A stretch of 64,000 nt of DNA from a virus: positions 32,001 through 96,000 of IMG/VR virus record IMGVR_UViG_3300044646_002092. The stretch is one strand, 5' to 3'. Both the position numbers and the translations under genes were made by a program. The notes beneath the pieces were generated by a model. The model was not told the DNA's origin, searched no databases, and worked only from the letters and a program-made list of their open reading frames with translations. Of this stretch, positions 9,458-18,270 are shown one piece after another. The stretch's first letter is position 1. Every line of letters starts with the position of its first letter.

Positions 9458-11126
9458 CCCTGCACTTGGATTAGAGAAAATCGAATTTAATACAAGCAAG
9501 CGCAATGCCTTGTACGAAGCTTATTTTGAAGATTTAAAAGGTTTTATTGAATCTATTGGTAATTGTGACACATCCGCAGAGATTCGTCGGCTAGATAAGG
9601 ATTATTTACTCTCAAAATTGCAAGATAAATGGTTCCCTGTCCTGAGTTTCGATGCCAATAAAATTAAAAATCACATCGCGGAATTGCAGACACCTAAGAA
9701 GGAATTTAAGCAGTCGTTCAATCTTGAAGAAGTTCTGTCATCTTACAATCCATCGAGCAACTGGATTATCCCTCAACTATTACGTTCTGCGGGGCTGTTT
9801 GTACTCGCTGGCGAGCCTAAAATTGGCAAATCTATCATCGGATATCACCTAGCATACGCTGTTGCAATCTCTGGAAGGTTCCTCGGTAAGCCTGTTAAAA
9901 AAGGTCGTGTTTTGTATCTTCAACTTGAAGAAGATATGTCCACAATTTCCGAGAGGTTTCATTTCGTCGGGTTTGGTAACAAGCGAAATACAGCCGTGAA
10001 CCTCGCTATCGAGTTTGACCCCAGTGTAGTTACAGTAGACCGTACTTTCGACGCTACAATTGATATCCCTCGACTCTATCAGCGTATTGCTGAACTAAAC
10101 CCGTCCTTAGTAATTATCGATTCACTTCGCGCTGCTACAATTAATTCCTTGACGGCAGAGACAGATTCTCAATTCGGCAAGTTGGTTGCATCTATTCAGC
10201 AAGTATTTAACCAGACAGATACTTGTGGAGTACTTATCCACCACATGAATAAAGAGGCTAACAAGGGCAAAAACAAGCGTAGTGGAAGCATTGTCAATGC
10301 AGTATCAGGCAGTACTTCAATTGTATCTAACTCATCGGGTGTGATAGCTCTGTATGCTGCTGACGAAGAAGAATACGGCAAGGGAAAAGGAAAAGTACTT
10401 ATGAGGACTCTGCCCCGTAACGGGCTTCCAATCACTTTGGAGTATAGTCAGAACACAACAGATTCTGGGTTGTGGGAATTATGCCTTGAAAGTGAAGAAG
10501 ATGTCTCTCAAGACAGTCTAACTTCTAAGGTACTCAGGTTCCTTGCTAATCACCCTAGCAAATATTTCCCCTTATCAGAAATCATCGAGAACATTAAGTC
10601 GGGCGACACTTTTGAATTGCGCCAATCTGTAAACTATTTGGCTACAAGTCAGACAATTATTTGCAAACATTCTGGCGAAGTGACTGAATATTGTTTACCA
10701 GAAGAGTCGTTGTGGATTATAGACCCTGAAAAAAATACTGGGGGTGTGAAACCTGACATTGTTGATGCGAATATACTCTCCCGTTGCAAAACAAAGACAG
10801 AGTTGTACGAGAAAACGAAAGATTGGACTCCCTACCAGCGCAAATCTGCTTTGAAACTGTTAGATGTTAATGAAAAGGCAAGACTAGACGACCTCAGACT
10901 CTCTTTTCTGTACTCCGTAGGGGATTCAGTGTCTCATTCAGGGGAAATCTTCACGGTTGTATCTCGTAGCGACAAAGCTACTCTCCGAGATACAGAATAT
11001 GAGGTGGAAGATTTTAATGGTCAGAGATATACCTTAAGCGAGATGCTAATTGAGGGCTTGGCTGGTAATCTCACTCAAGATGTAATTATAGAAGGTACAA
11101 ATGACCAAGAAGATGACGAGTTCTGA
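9447..11126 (+). CDS. RepA/AAA_25-type replicative helicase
   Basis: LAGEPKIGKS, YLQLEED, LVIIDSL, LIHHMNK, SGSTS; coupled to the primase. Confidence 0.85.
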   Translation: MLYDPALGLEKIEFNTSKRNALYEAYFEDLKGFIESIGNCDTSAEIRRLDKDYLLSKLQDKWFPVLSFDANKIKNHIAELQTPKKEFKQSFNLEEVLSSYNPSSNWIIPQLLRSAGLFVLAGEPKIGKSIIGYHLAYAVAISGRFLGKPVKKGRVLYLQLEEDMSTISERFHFVGFGNKRNTAVNLAIEFDPSVVTVDRTFDATIDIPRLYQRIAELNPSLVIIDSLRAATINSLTAETDSQFGKLVASIQQVFNQTDTCGVLIHHMNKEANKGKNKRSGSIVNAVSGSTSIVSNSSGVIALYAADEEEYGKGKGKVLMRTLPRNGLPITLEYSQNTTDSGLWELCLESEEDVSQDSLTSKVLRFLANHPSKYFPLSEIIENIKSGDTFELRQSVNYLATSQTIICKHSGEVTEYCLPEESLWIIDPEKNTGGVKPDIVDANILSRCKTKTELYEKTKDWTPYQRKSALKLLDVNEKARLDDLRLSFLYSVGDSVSHSGEIFTVVSRSDKATLRDTEYEVEDFNGQRYTLSEMLIEGLAGNLTQDVIIEGTNDQEDDEF

Positions 11127-11571
11127 TTGTTCGATTGATGACATAGACATACCTCTTCTAGAAGGTCGCACAATATTTATGAACAGAAAAGGCTACGGAG
11201 AGATTAAACTTCGTAATAAGGGTGTCCTAGTACATCGTCTCATTCATGTAGCAATGGGGCTTGACCCCAATCTCCAGACCGACCACAAAAATCAAAATAA
11301 ACTAGATTGTAGAAGAGAAAATCTTCGTGAGGCTACACAGACCCAAAACAAAGCTAATTCCAGAGCGTATAAAAATAACACTTCTGGATTTAAAGGGGTT
11401 AGTTTCCACAAAAGACAGAAGAAATATAACGCTCGTCTCAGAATCAATAAAGAGGTTGTCCATCTAGGATGCTTTCTTGACCCTGTAGATGCAGCCAAAG
11501 CTTATGACAAGGCTGCTGTAGAGTATTTTGGTGAGTTTGCGTTTACAAACAAAGACATGGGATTGTACTAA
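11101..11571 (+). CDS. HNH-AP2 homing endonuclease
   Basis: TDHKNQNKLDCRRENLR and SGFKGV...AAKAYDKAAVEYFGEFA; paralogue of 5138. Confidence 0.85.
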   Translation: MTKKMTSSDCSIDDIDIPLLEGRTIFMNRKGYGEIKLRNKGVLVHRLIHVAMGLDPNLQTDHKNQNKLDCRRENLREATQTQNKANSRAYKNNTSGFKGVSFHKRQKKYNARLRINKEVVHLGCFLDPVDAAKAYDKAAVEYFGEFAFTNKDMGLY

Positions 11572-11572
11572 C

Positions 11573-11773
11573 ATGAAAAGACTATTTCTGCGTCACTATC
11601 TATCAGTTTCGGCATTCTTCCTTGGATGGTCATTATCGGCTCTCATCTTGTCGGCTTTTTTCTCTGGCACTAATCAAAAATATGCTTCTAGGGAAAGTTT
11701 GTTTCAAGCAAGTGCGGCTTTTGTTTTAAGTATTGGTACTGCTTATATTGGTGATACTGAAAGGAAGAAATAA
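11573..11773 (+). CDS. small membrane protein
   Basis: two hydrophobic segments; ATG at 11573. Confidence 0.55.
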   Translation: MKRLFLRHYLSVSAFFLGWSLSALILSAFFSGTNQKYASRESLFQASAAFVLSIGTAYIGDTERKK

Positions 11774-11775
11774 TA

Positions 11776-12006
11776 ATGTTAGCCGTCAGTTTCATAGCTA
11801 CGTTCATGTCCATCACAGGGTATGCGCTACTGTCTCGACTCAGTTCCACAATGTTTCAGCAGAAAGTTGGATTGACATTGAAGCTTGTCTCTGGCATACT
11901 ATTTCTCACTTACGCTTGGCATCTACAGGATTTCAGCTTTCTGATTTTGACTGTGTTTTATTTCTGTATCGATTCTGTTAATTTATATCAAAGAGTTAAA
12001 AAGTAA
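11776..12006 (+). CDS. small membrane protein
   Basis: 76 aa with about three hydrophobic segments. Confidence 0.55.
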   Translation: MLAVSFIATFMSITGYALLSRLSSTMFQQKVGLTLKLVSGILFLTYAWHLQDFSFLILTVFYFCIDSVNLYQRVKK

Positions 12007-12653
12007 TGAGTAGAAAGATTGTTGCAGCTATATCTAGCATCAACGGAGGAAAAGACTTCATTATGAATCGTCTCCAATCTAGATTGATATATCAGCATCG
12101 CTACACTATGTCTACGGTGCGTTGCCGCTTCGCAGACTCGTTGAATGAAGCCGTTGCACCTATTCTCGGTATTAGTGGCAAGGAGTTGCAAGACCGCAGC
12201 TTAAAAGAGGAAAAACGTTTCAGTTTTGGTACTAACCGTTCTGGAATCAATCACAAATGGTCTTCGAGAGATGTGCAGAAAAGAGTAGGGCAATTACTCC
12301 GCGAAGAACTTGGCGAAGACGTATTTATTAATGCACTTGACAGACGATACAATGGGATTTTACTTATATCAGATTTACGGTATCAAAATGAATTGGATTG
12401 GATACGTTCTCAGGGGGGAAAAGTTGTGTATATTCACAATGAAGCTGCTGCTCAGGTTCAGAAGTCGAGGGAGTCTATTCCTGTAGGGTTCGGTGACGAC
12501 AAGCATTATCCCCCAGAGAGTGAGTTGTTGCAGTGGGATTTCTACAACAAGGTAGAGACACCTGACTACTGGCTAGACAATAATGATTTTGATAATCATT
12601 CTCATTTTGATGATTTTGTTGAGTTTGTTTTGGATTATTTGGAGCAAGATTAA
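12006..12653 (+). CDS. deoxynucleoside monophosphate kinase
   Basis: P-loop-like SSINGGKD, RFADSL, SRDVQKRVG, ISDLRYQNE. Confidence 0.8.
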   Translation: MSRKIVAAISSINGGKDFIMNRLQSRLIYQHRYTMSTVRCRFADSLNEAVAPILGISGKELQDRSLKEEKRFSFGTNRSGINHKWSSRDVQKRVGQLLREELGEDVFINALDRRYNGILLISDLRYQNELDWIRSQGGKVVYIHNEAAAQVQKSRESIPVGFGDDKHYPPESELLQWDFYNKVETPDYWLDNNDFDNHSHFDDFVEFVLDYLEQD

Positions 12654-15224
12654 GTGGCAGATAGAATTTTGGCGATTGACATTGAAACTGATAATCTCTT
12701 ATCAGGTATGCTCGATTATTCTAGTTTTCCCTACAAGTTGCTTCCTAGCGCGAAGTTGCACTGTGTTGTTGTAAAAAATGTAGAGACAGGAGAGACTTGG
12801 AGTGCAGAGAAGGAAAATGTTACTAAGGCTTGGCTTGCTGGTGTGCTGAAGGGTTGCACACACTTGGTTGCTCATAATGGCATCTCGTTCGACTTTCCAG
12901 CGTTGAAGTTATTCGGCGTTCTCGATTACAGAATTGGATATCTTGACCAGCCTGATACCGTGTTTGGGCAACCTTGCCAAATTGTTGATACGTTGCTTTT
13001 ATCTCGCTTGTTAAGTCCTGACCGTTATACTCCCGAAGGCATGGGACATTCGCTCGAAGTTTGGGGTCAACGGTTGGGCGAAGAAAAGTCAGATTATCGT
13101 GCAGCTTGTATTGCTGCGGGTTACATTGAAAAAAATTCTGGTAAAGGGGAGCAGTTCCTAAATTGGACACCACTTTTGCTCGATTATTGTCGGCAAGATA
13201 CAGTAGTCACTTGCAAACTGTTTCAGCGCTTGTGGTCTGAGTACTTGGAGTATTCGGGCTGGCATCAAGCTTTTAAGATGGAATCGAAGTTGTGTGACCT
13301 TGGAGTAAGGCGAGAACATTTGGGTTTCGCATTTGATGTAGAAAAAGCGAAAATTGCGGTTGCTGACCTGCAAGAGAAAATGAAAGCGATTGCAGACGCT
13401 ATTAATCCAATTCTCCCTCCAAAACCTCGCAATAAAGGGGAACTTGCTGAAGTAACTCCTCCAGCTAACCAACTAAAAACTCACAAAGCTGTCTATCTTC
13501 CTAAAGTGCAAGTCAAGAAAGATGGTAAGCTTTCGTCTGCGGTCGTTAAGTTCTTAAATAACCAAGAAGAAATTGAGTATACCGAAGGGGATTTTAGTTT
13601 CATTTTTGGTGGTCAGACTTTTCAATTGCCTTACTACGAAGCTCTAGTGCCTGAGTTTACTGAACCTAGCGATGTGATGCTACGTTTTACTGAAAGAGTT
13701 GGTGCTACTATCGAAAAAATCGACGAGGAGTGGCTTCTATTTTATAAGGGGCAAATGTATCCCTTGCCTTATAATGAACCGCTAGAGAGCCATATTAAAG
13801 CAGATATTGACGACATTGATTGGGTGAAGTCTGTCCTTATTTCAAAAAACTGGCAACCCACTGAATTTCGGGTTAGGAATCTTATTTGTGATTCCAAGAA
13901 GCAATCTATACCTTACGAGAAACGCTTAGCAGCATTGAAACGGTACGTCAAAGAAACTATTGAAGATGGTAAGTATAAAGAACAAAGACTAGAGATTCTT
14001 GAGCTAAATGAAGAAAATTTGTTTCCTGCTCTAGCAGAAAAAATTAAAGGGAATCGACCAGTGGTAGTCCCCACTTCTCCTTGTATACGGGTCGGGGTTG
14101 AGAAAGAGCTTTGCCCATCTCTTATTAAAATTGGAGAAAAAGTTGCGTTTGCCAAAGATTTCGCTCTGTATCTTACCTATAAACACCGCAAAAATTCGAT
14201 TGCAGGTGGTGTTGACGATGAAGAGTGGGAGTTTAACGAGGATAATCCGCCAAACTCAGGATATCTAAACCAATATCGTCAGGTTGATGGAAGAATACCT
14301 GCACCAGCCATCGAAATTGGAGCCGCAAGTCATCGTTATCGACATATCGGCATCACTAACATACCCAGAGTTACCAGCACTTACGGTTTTCAAATGCGAG
14401 AGCTTTTTGGGTGTGGGTCTGGGGCTTTTCAATTTTCCTATGACTTTTCATCTTTAGAAGCGATGGTGATGGCTTTGTGGTGTTTAAAATACACGAATGG
14501 GGAAGAGTTGGCAAAAGATTTGGTTGCTGTCAAACCTAATGACATTCACACCAAAAACAGCATTAAATTAGGAATACCCAGAAGCGATGCAAAATCTCTT
14601 CAGTATGCCTTAATTTATGGTTGTCAACCTGCCAAAGTTGCAAAAATGTTGTCTGTCTCTTTAAAAGAGGGGCAAAGAATTTACGATGAGTATTGGCAAG
14701 CTGTTCCTGCACTAAAAGAGTTGCGCGACAACTTGGAAAAACATTGGAACAAAAATGGTAAAACTTGGATAAGAACAATCGATGGTAGAAAAATTAATAC
14801 ACGTTCTAAGCACTCTCTACTTAATTTTTTGTTCCAGTCTACAGGCATTATTTGTGCCAAATATACTAATGTTTTGTCAATGCAAATTTTGGAGGAAAAA
14901 GGGTATTGTATTGATTGTTTTGTAGCTGAACCTGATGTAGCTGAGATGATTCATATGCACGATGAACAAGCTCTCCGCATCAAAAAACACATGGTACAAA
15001 TCAAAAAGTTTGCTAGTGAAGAAGAAGGTCGTCAGTTTGTGGAAAATTGGAAAGGTGAACAAATCTCTCCTTTAATGCACGACAAAAATTGGTATATAGT
15101 TCTTCCGAACGATATCTCTAGAGCTATCTCTGATGCTATATTAAAGACCGAAAAACTTCTCAAATTAAGTGTTCACTTGCAGACTGAAATAATGGTTAAT
15201 TACAATTGGGCAAAATGCCACTAA
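12654..15224 (+). CDS. polA: family A DNA polymerase with 3'-5' exonuclease (T7-like)
   Basis: ExoI IDIET, ExoII HNGISFD, ExoIII YCRQD; motifs A YDFSSLE, B RSDAKSLQYALIYG, C MHDEQ. Confidence 0.95.
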   Translation: MADRILAIDIETDNLLSGMLDYSSFPYKLLPSAKLHCVVVKNVETGETWSAEKENVTKAWLAGVLKGCTHLVAHNGISFDFPALKLFGVLDYRIGYLDQPDTVFGQPCQIVDTLLLSRLLSPDRYTPEGMGHSLEVWGQRLGEEKSDYRAACIAAGYIEKNSGKGEQFLNWTPLLLDYCRQDTVVTCKLFQRLWSEYLEYSGWHQAFKMESKLCDLGVRREHLGFAFDVEKAKIAVADLQEKMKAIADAINPILPPKPRNKGELAEVTPPANQLKTHKAVYLPKVQVKKDGKLSSAVVKFLNNQEEIEYTEGDFSFIFGGQTFQLPYYEALVPEFTEPSDVMLRFTERVGATIEKIDEEWLLFYKGQMYPLPYNEPLESHIKADIDDIDWVKSVLISKNWQPTEFRVRNLICDSKKQSIPYEKRLAALKRYVKETIEDGKYKEQRLEILELNEENLFPALAEKIKGNRPVVVPTSPCIRVGVEKELCPSLIKIGEKVAFAKDFALYLTYKHRKNSIAGGVDDEEWEFNEDNPPNSGYLNQYRQVDGRIPAPAIEIGAASHRYRHIGITNIPRVTSTYGFQMRELFGCGSGAFQFSYDFSSLEAMVMALWCLKYTNGEELAKDLVAVKPNDIHTKNSIKLGIPRSDAKSLQYALIYGCQPAKVAKMLSVSLKEGQRIYDEYWQAVPALKELRDNLEKHWNKNGKTWIRTIDGRKINTRSKHSLLNFLFQSTGIICAKYTNVLSMQILEEKGYCIDCFVAEPDVAEMIHMHDEQALRIKKHMVQIKKFASEEEGRQFVENWKGEQISPLMHDKNWYIVLPNDISRAISDAILKTEKLLKLSVHLQTEIMVNYNWAKCH

Positions 15225-15228
15225 ATAT

Positions 15229-15717
15229 ATGTTTAAAGAAATTTACAATGGTTATCAGGTTAACAAAGAAGGTGTTGTGTTAGGTCGAAGGGGTCAACCT
15301 TTATCGCAACACGATAACGGAAGAGGATATTTAATTGTTTCTCTTATCCTTGATGGTAAGTACACATCTAAAGCAGTTCACAGATTAGTAGCCGAAGCAT
15401 TTCTTGACAACCCCAATAACTACTCAGATGTCAACCATATAGATTGCGATAGGCGTAACAACAAAGTTGAAAACTTGGAATGGATGACTCATGGCAACAA
15501 CATCAAGTACAGCTACGACAATGAAAAACGTTCTGCTGTTGGTGAAAGCAATGCCAGATGTAAGACAACTGAAAAAATTGTTGTTGAGATTTGTGAACTA
15601 CTTCAACAAGGTCTAAAACCATCCAAAGTTCGCGACATGGGTTACTATTACAATCTTGTGAGGTCAATTAAGCAGAGAAGGTTGTGGACTAGTATCTCCA
15701 AAGATTATGTCTGGTAA
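15229..15717 (+). CDS. HNH homing endonuclease
   Basis: AVHRLVAEAFLDNPNNYSDVNHIDCDRRNNKVENLEW. Confidence 0.9.
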   Translation: MFKEIYNGYQVNKEGVVLGRRGQPLSQHDNGRGYLIVSLILDGKYTSKAVHRLVAEAFLDNPNNYSDVNHIDCDRRNNKVENLEWMTHGNNIKYSYDNEKRSAVGESNARCKTTEKIVVEICELLQQGLKPSKVRDMGYYYNLVRSIKQRRLWTSISKDYVW

Positions 15718-15727
15718 TACCTCCCTC

Positions 15728-15761
15728 GACAGATGACGCTCCCTTCAACTAACGACATAAT
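15728..15761 (+). promoter_or_regulatory. phage promoter motif GACAGATG-N20-CATAAT
   Basis: intergenic, upstream of ORF 15777. Confidence 0.6.
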
Positions 15762-15776
15762 ACCCACATCAACTAA

Positions 15777-16688
15777 GTGACGCACATGACCAACAAATTC
15801 ATTAAGCCAATCAAAGAGTTCCTTGAAATCACTCGTGAAAATCTAAAGTGGGCAGCAAGTGAGATTCAGCACCAATATTTCCTTTCTACCCTTCGAGACA
15901 TCGAAAAGAAATACCCTGAAATGCACACCGAAGTGGAAGCGTTCACTGAACATCTCGACGCTATTTTTTATGGTATTACAGACGAAGATTGCCCTGATTT
16001 CGTAGAAACATCTGACACAACTTATTTTCGCGTAGTAGCGAAAGGCACTCAAGGCAACTCAGCAGCCTCCCCAGTAAACAAGTTTGAAAATGGTGTGGTG
16101 ACAACTATCTCCAATTCAATTATCGTGTGGGATTCAGGATTCACGGATACACAATTGTCTGTAGGTGTTGTAATCACTAAAGATGGCAACTCTTACCGTG
16201 TCGTGGACGGATTTAGTGGCAAGCTAGACATCACCGAGCAGCTAGACGTAATTACCAAACTTTCATCGCAGTATCCAGATGCAGTAGTCGGTATCTTGAA
16301 CAAAGCCAACGGCGCAGCATTGTTTCACTTGCTACAGTCGAAAATCCCCAACATTCAACAGATTGAAACGTACTTTAGTGAAGGCACTCGTCTTGAAAAC
16401 ATCAAAAAAGAAGGTAGATTACTATTTGATTTTGGGTATGACGAAGAACGGGAGATTGCTATAAACTACGGTGTTGAGTATCTTTACAATCAATCCCTTA
16501 ATAGCTTTACGGACGTTGACCTCACAGACTTGAAACAAGGTGACTACCTATCGAATCGCTTCGGCGCACCTGAGTTTGAAACCGAAGCTGAAACCGACGC
16601 ATTCAAGTTTGTAGAGATGAAGCAAAATATCTCAGACGACGGACTCAACGAACCACGCTACCCTTACGACACCGAGCCAAGCGCATAA
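15777..16688 (+). CDS. protein with a degenerate terminase large-subunit C-terminal (RNase H-like) domain and no ATPase domain
   Basis: IVWDSGFTD...SVGVV...YRVVD...KLSSQYPDA...ILNKANGAALFHLL resembles the Terminase_6C pattern WDTAF...SVG...YLLD...IEDKANG. Confidence 0.55.
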   Translation: MTHMTNKFIKPIKEFLEITRENLKWAASEIQHQYFLSTLRDIEKKYPEMHTEVEAFTEHLDAIFYGITDEDCPDFVETSDTTYFRVVAKGTQGNSAASPVNKFENGVVTTISNSIIVWDSGFTDTQLSVGVVITKDGNSYRVVDGFSGKLDITEQLDVITKLSSQYPDAVVGILNKANGAALFHLLQSKIPNIQQIETYFSEGTRLENIKKEGRLLFDFGYDEEREIAINYGVEYLYNQSLNSFTDVDLTDLKQGDYLSNRFGAPEFETEAETDAFKFVEMKQNISDDGLNEPRYPYDTEPSA

Positions 16689-16927
16689 TGGAACCTGAAG
16701 TAATTCAAATGTTTTACATTTACCCTGAAGGTTGCGAAGACCTATATCGCTACTCAGTTATCGGCGAACTCCGCGATGTAGGTACTAACGGTGTCACTAT
16801 CGACTTCGAGGAACGCGCGAGTGTAGATGACCCGTACAAAGCTCAGCAGACAATCTCATTTACGGTAGAAGAAGCTCAGGCACTACAAAAAAGTATCGGA
16901 CTAATTCTTAAGCAATTTAAGCGCTAG
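16688..16927 (+). CDS. hypothetical protein
   Basis: 79-aa ORF, translationally coupled. Confidence 0.65.
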   Translation: MEPEVIQMFYIYPEGCEDLYRYSVIGELRDVGTNGVTIDFEERASVDDPYKAQQTISFTVEEAQALQKSIGLILKQFKR

Positions 16928-17379
16928 TAGGGAGGCTCTTGTTCAGGCTGCTGACCCTGCGGTAGTAACCCTCCTAGCATCGGAAGGACGTACATCCCCG
17001 TCATCGCGACACCTCCAAGTCCAGCAGCAGCTTTCCCGTATCTTCCAGCAGTATTTTTAGCTTTACCCCAAAATCCTTTTACTTCAGCAACAGGGCTTTG
17101 AGTGTTCAAATTTTTAACTACTTGTTGGTTAATATTCTTAGTAACTTGTTGTTGGGGTAAGTTTTGGTTATTTTGATTTAGTCCCTTAGCAGCATTCTCT
17201 CTTAATTTCGCAGATTGTTCTGCCGCTTGCCTTTTATAATTCTCATAGCCTTCACGGTCATTTTTCATTAACCACTGAGCATCTTTGCCAGTTTGAGATT
17301 GTGTACCAAAACTGTTTTTGGTTGCACCAAACCCTTCTCCTGTAGTTCGATTGTACGCAAAATTTACAAAGTGTTGCAT
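16924..17379 (-). CDS. Q/N/G-rich protein starting MQHFVNF (FANF-tag family), putative virion internal protein
   Basis: isolated - strand ORF with the N-terminal motif and a Gly-rich hydrophobic C-terminus. Confidence 0.6.
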   Translation of the reverse strand: MQHFVNFAYNRTTGEGFGATKNSFGTQSQTGKDAQWLMKNDREGYENYKRQAAEQSAKLRENAAKGLNQNNQNLPQQQVTKNINQQVVKNLNTQSPVAEVKGFWGKAKNTAGRYGKAAAGLGGVAMTGMYVLPMLGGLLPQGQQPEQEPPY

Positions 17380-17430
17380 TTCTTCTTTTCTGTGTTATTA
17401 TTTACAACAATTCTACCACCTGATAAACAT

Positions 17431-17733
17431 ATGTTATTAGAACCACCATCTGAAGAGCCTATTCATAATTTTGACCTATCCCTTCTTAACAAGCGTATTG
17501 AGGAGGTAAAAACTGCCACCAGAGCAATTCCTGAACAAGATTATGTAGCTACCAAATTAGCTACAGAATTTTTTATGAATAAAGTGTTTCCTGTTTTAAA
17601 TGTCCCCCAAATTCACCAAATGCTGCAAAATCCTGAGTTCGTAAAAGCTCTCGGTAATCTTATTGGAACTGGATTCCAAGGGGCATATATCCTTGGAAAG
17701 ACTTCGCGGCGGAATCTTGACCTTAATGAGTAA
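17431..17733 (+). CDS. hypothetical protein
   Basis: ATG at 17431 within the 17293 ORF. Confidence 0.55.
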   Translation: MLLEPPSEEPIHNFDLSLLNKRIEEVKTATRAIPEQDYVATKLATEFFMNKVFPVLNVPQIHQMLQNPEFVKALGNLIGTGFQGAYILGKTSRRNLDLNE

Positions 17734-17932
17734 AATAATCGCCTCATATCGAGGCACACCGATGAAATCGACAGTTGGGCTACCAATTGGTGTTCGACTG
17801 TTCCCTCCAGACGCAAACTACTCTTATAGCCGTGTGGAAATTGAAACAAAAACGCAGTTGACACCCGAACAAGAGCGCAAACTGTTTAAAATACTTGGTG
17901 ATTGGTTCCTACAACTGAAAAAAGAGGTCTAA
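17726..17932 (+). CDS. hypothetical protein
   Basis: ATG at 17726 overlapping the previous stop codon. Confidence 0.55.
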   Translation: MSKIIASYRGTPMKSTVGLPIGVRLFPPDANYSYSRVEIETKTQLTPEQERKLFKILGDWFLQLKKEV

Positions 17933-17933
17933 C

Positions 17934-18203
17934 ATGAAATTATTTCGCATTGTTCGCAACGAATATTACAACGAGTATGGTCAACTGGCTAGAACCTATT
18001 GGACTGTCCTAGAGAAACGCAAATTTCTTTGGTGGTATTACTGGAAGACAGTTGAGCATCAAGCTGATTGGGACTACACTTCACCTATAACCTTTAAATC
18101 GAACGAAGATGCAAATGAATTTGTTCAGGAAGTCTTTGTTCTTGGCAAACCTTATTCTCAGTTCGTAGAAATTATTGAAGAGGAGTTCGCAATGTCAACC
18201 TAA
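17934..18203 (+). CDS. hypothetical phage protein
   Basis: 89 aa, KFLWWYYW pattern similar to ORF 26905. Confidence 0.65.
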   Translation: MKLFRIVRNEYYNEYGQLARTYWTVLEKRKFLWWYYWKTVEHQADWDYTSPITFKSNEDANEFVQEVFVLGKPYSQFVEIIEEEFAMST

Positions 18204-18211
18204 AGATAGAG

Positions 18212-18241
18212 TTGCAGAAAAGAAAGCTTCGATGCTAAAAT
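18212..18241 (+). promoter_or_regulatory. sigma70-like promoter of nrdJ
   Basis: TTGCAG-N18-TAAAAT with an extended TG; preceded by GATAGAG. Confidence 0.45.
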
Positions 18242-18270
18242 AGATAAACCAAAACGACAAAAAAGATATA

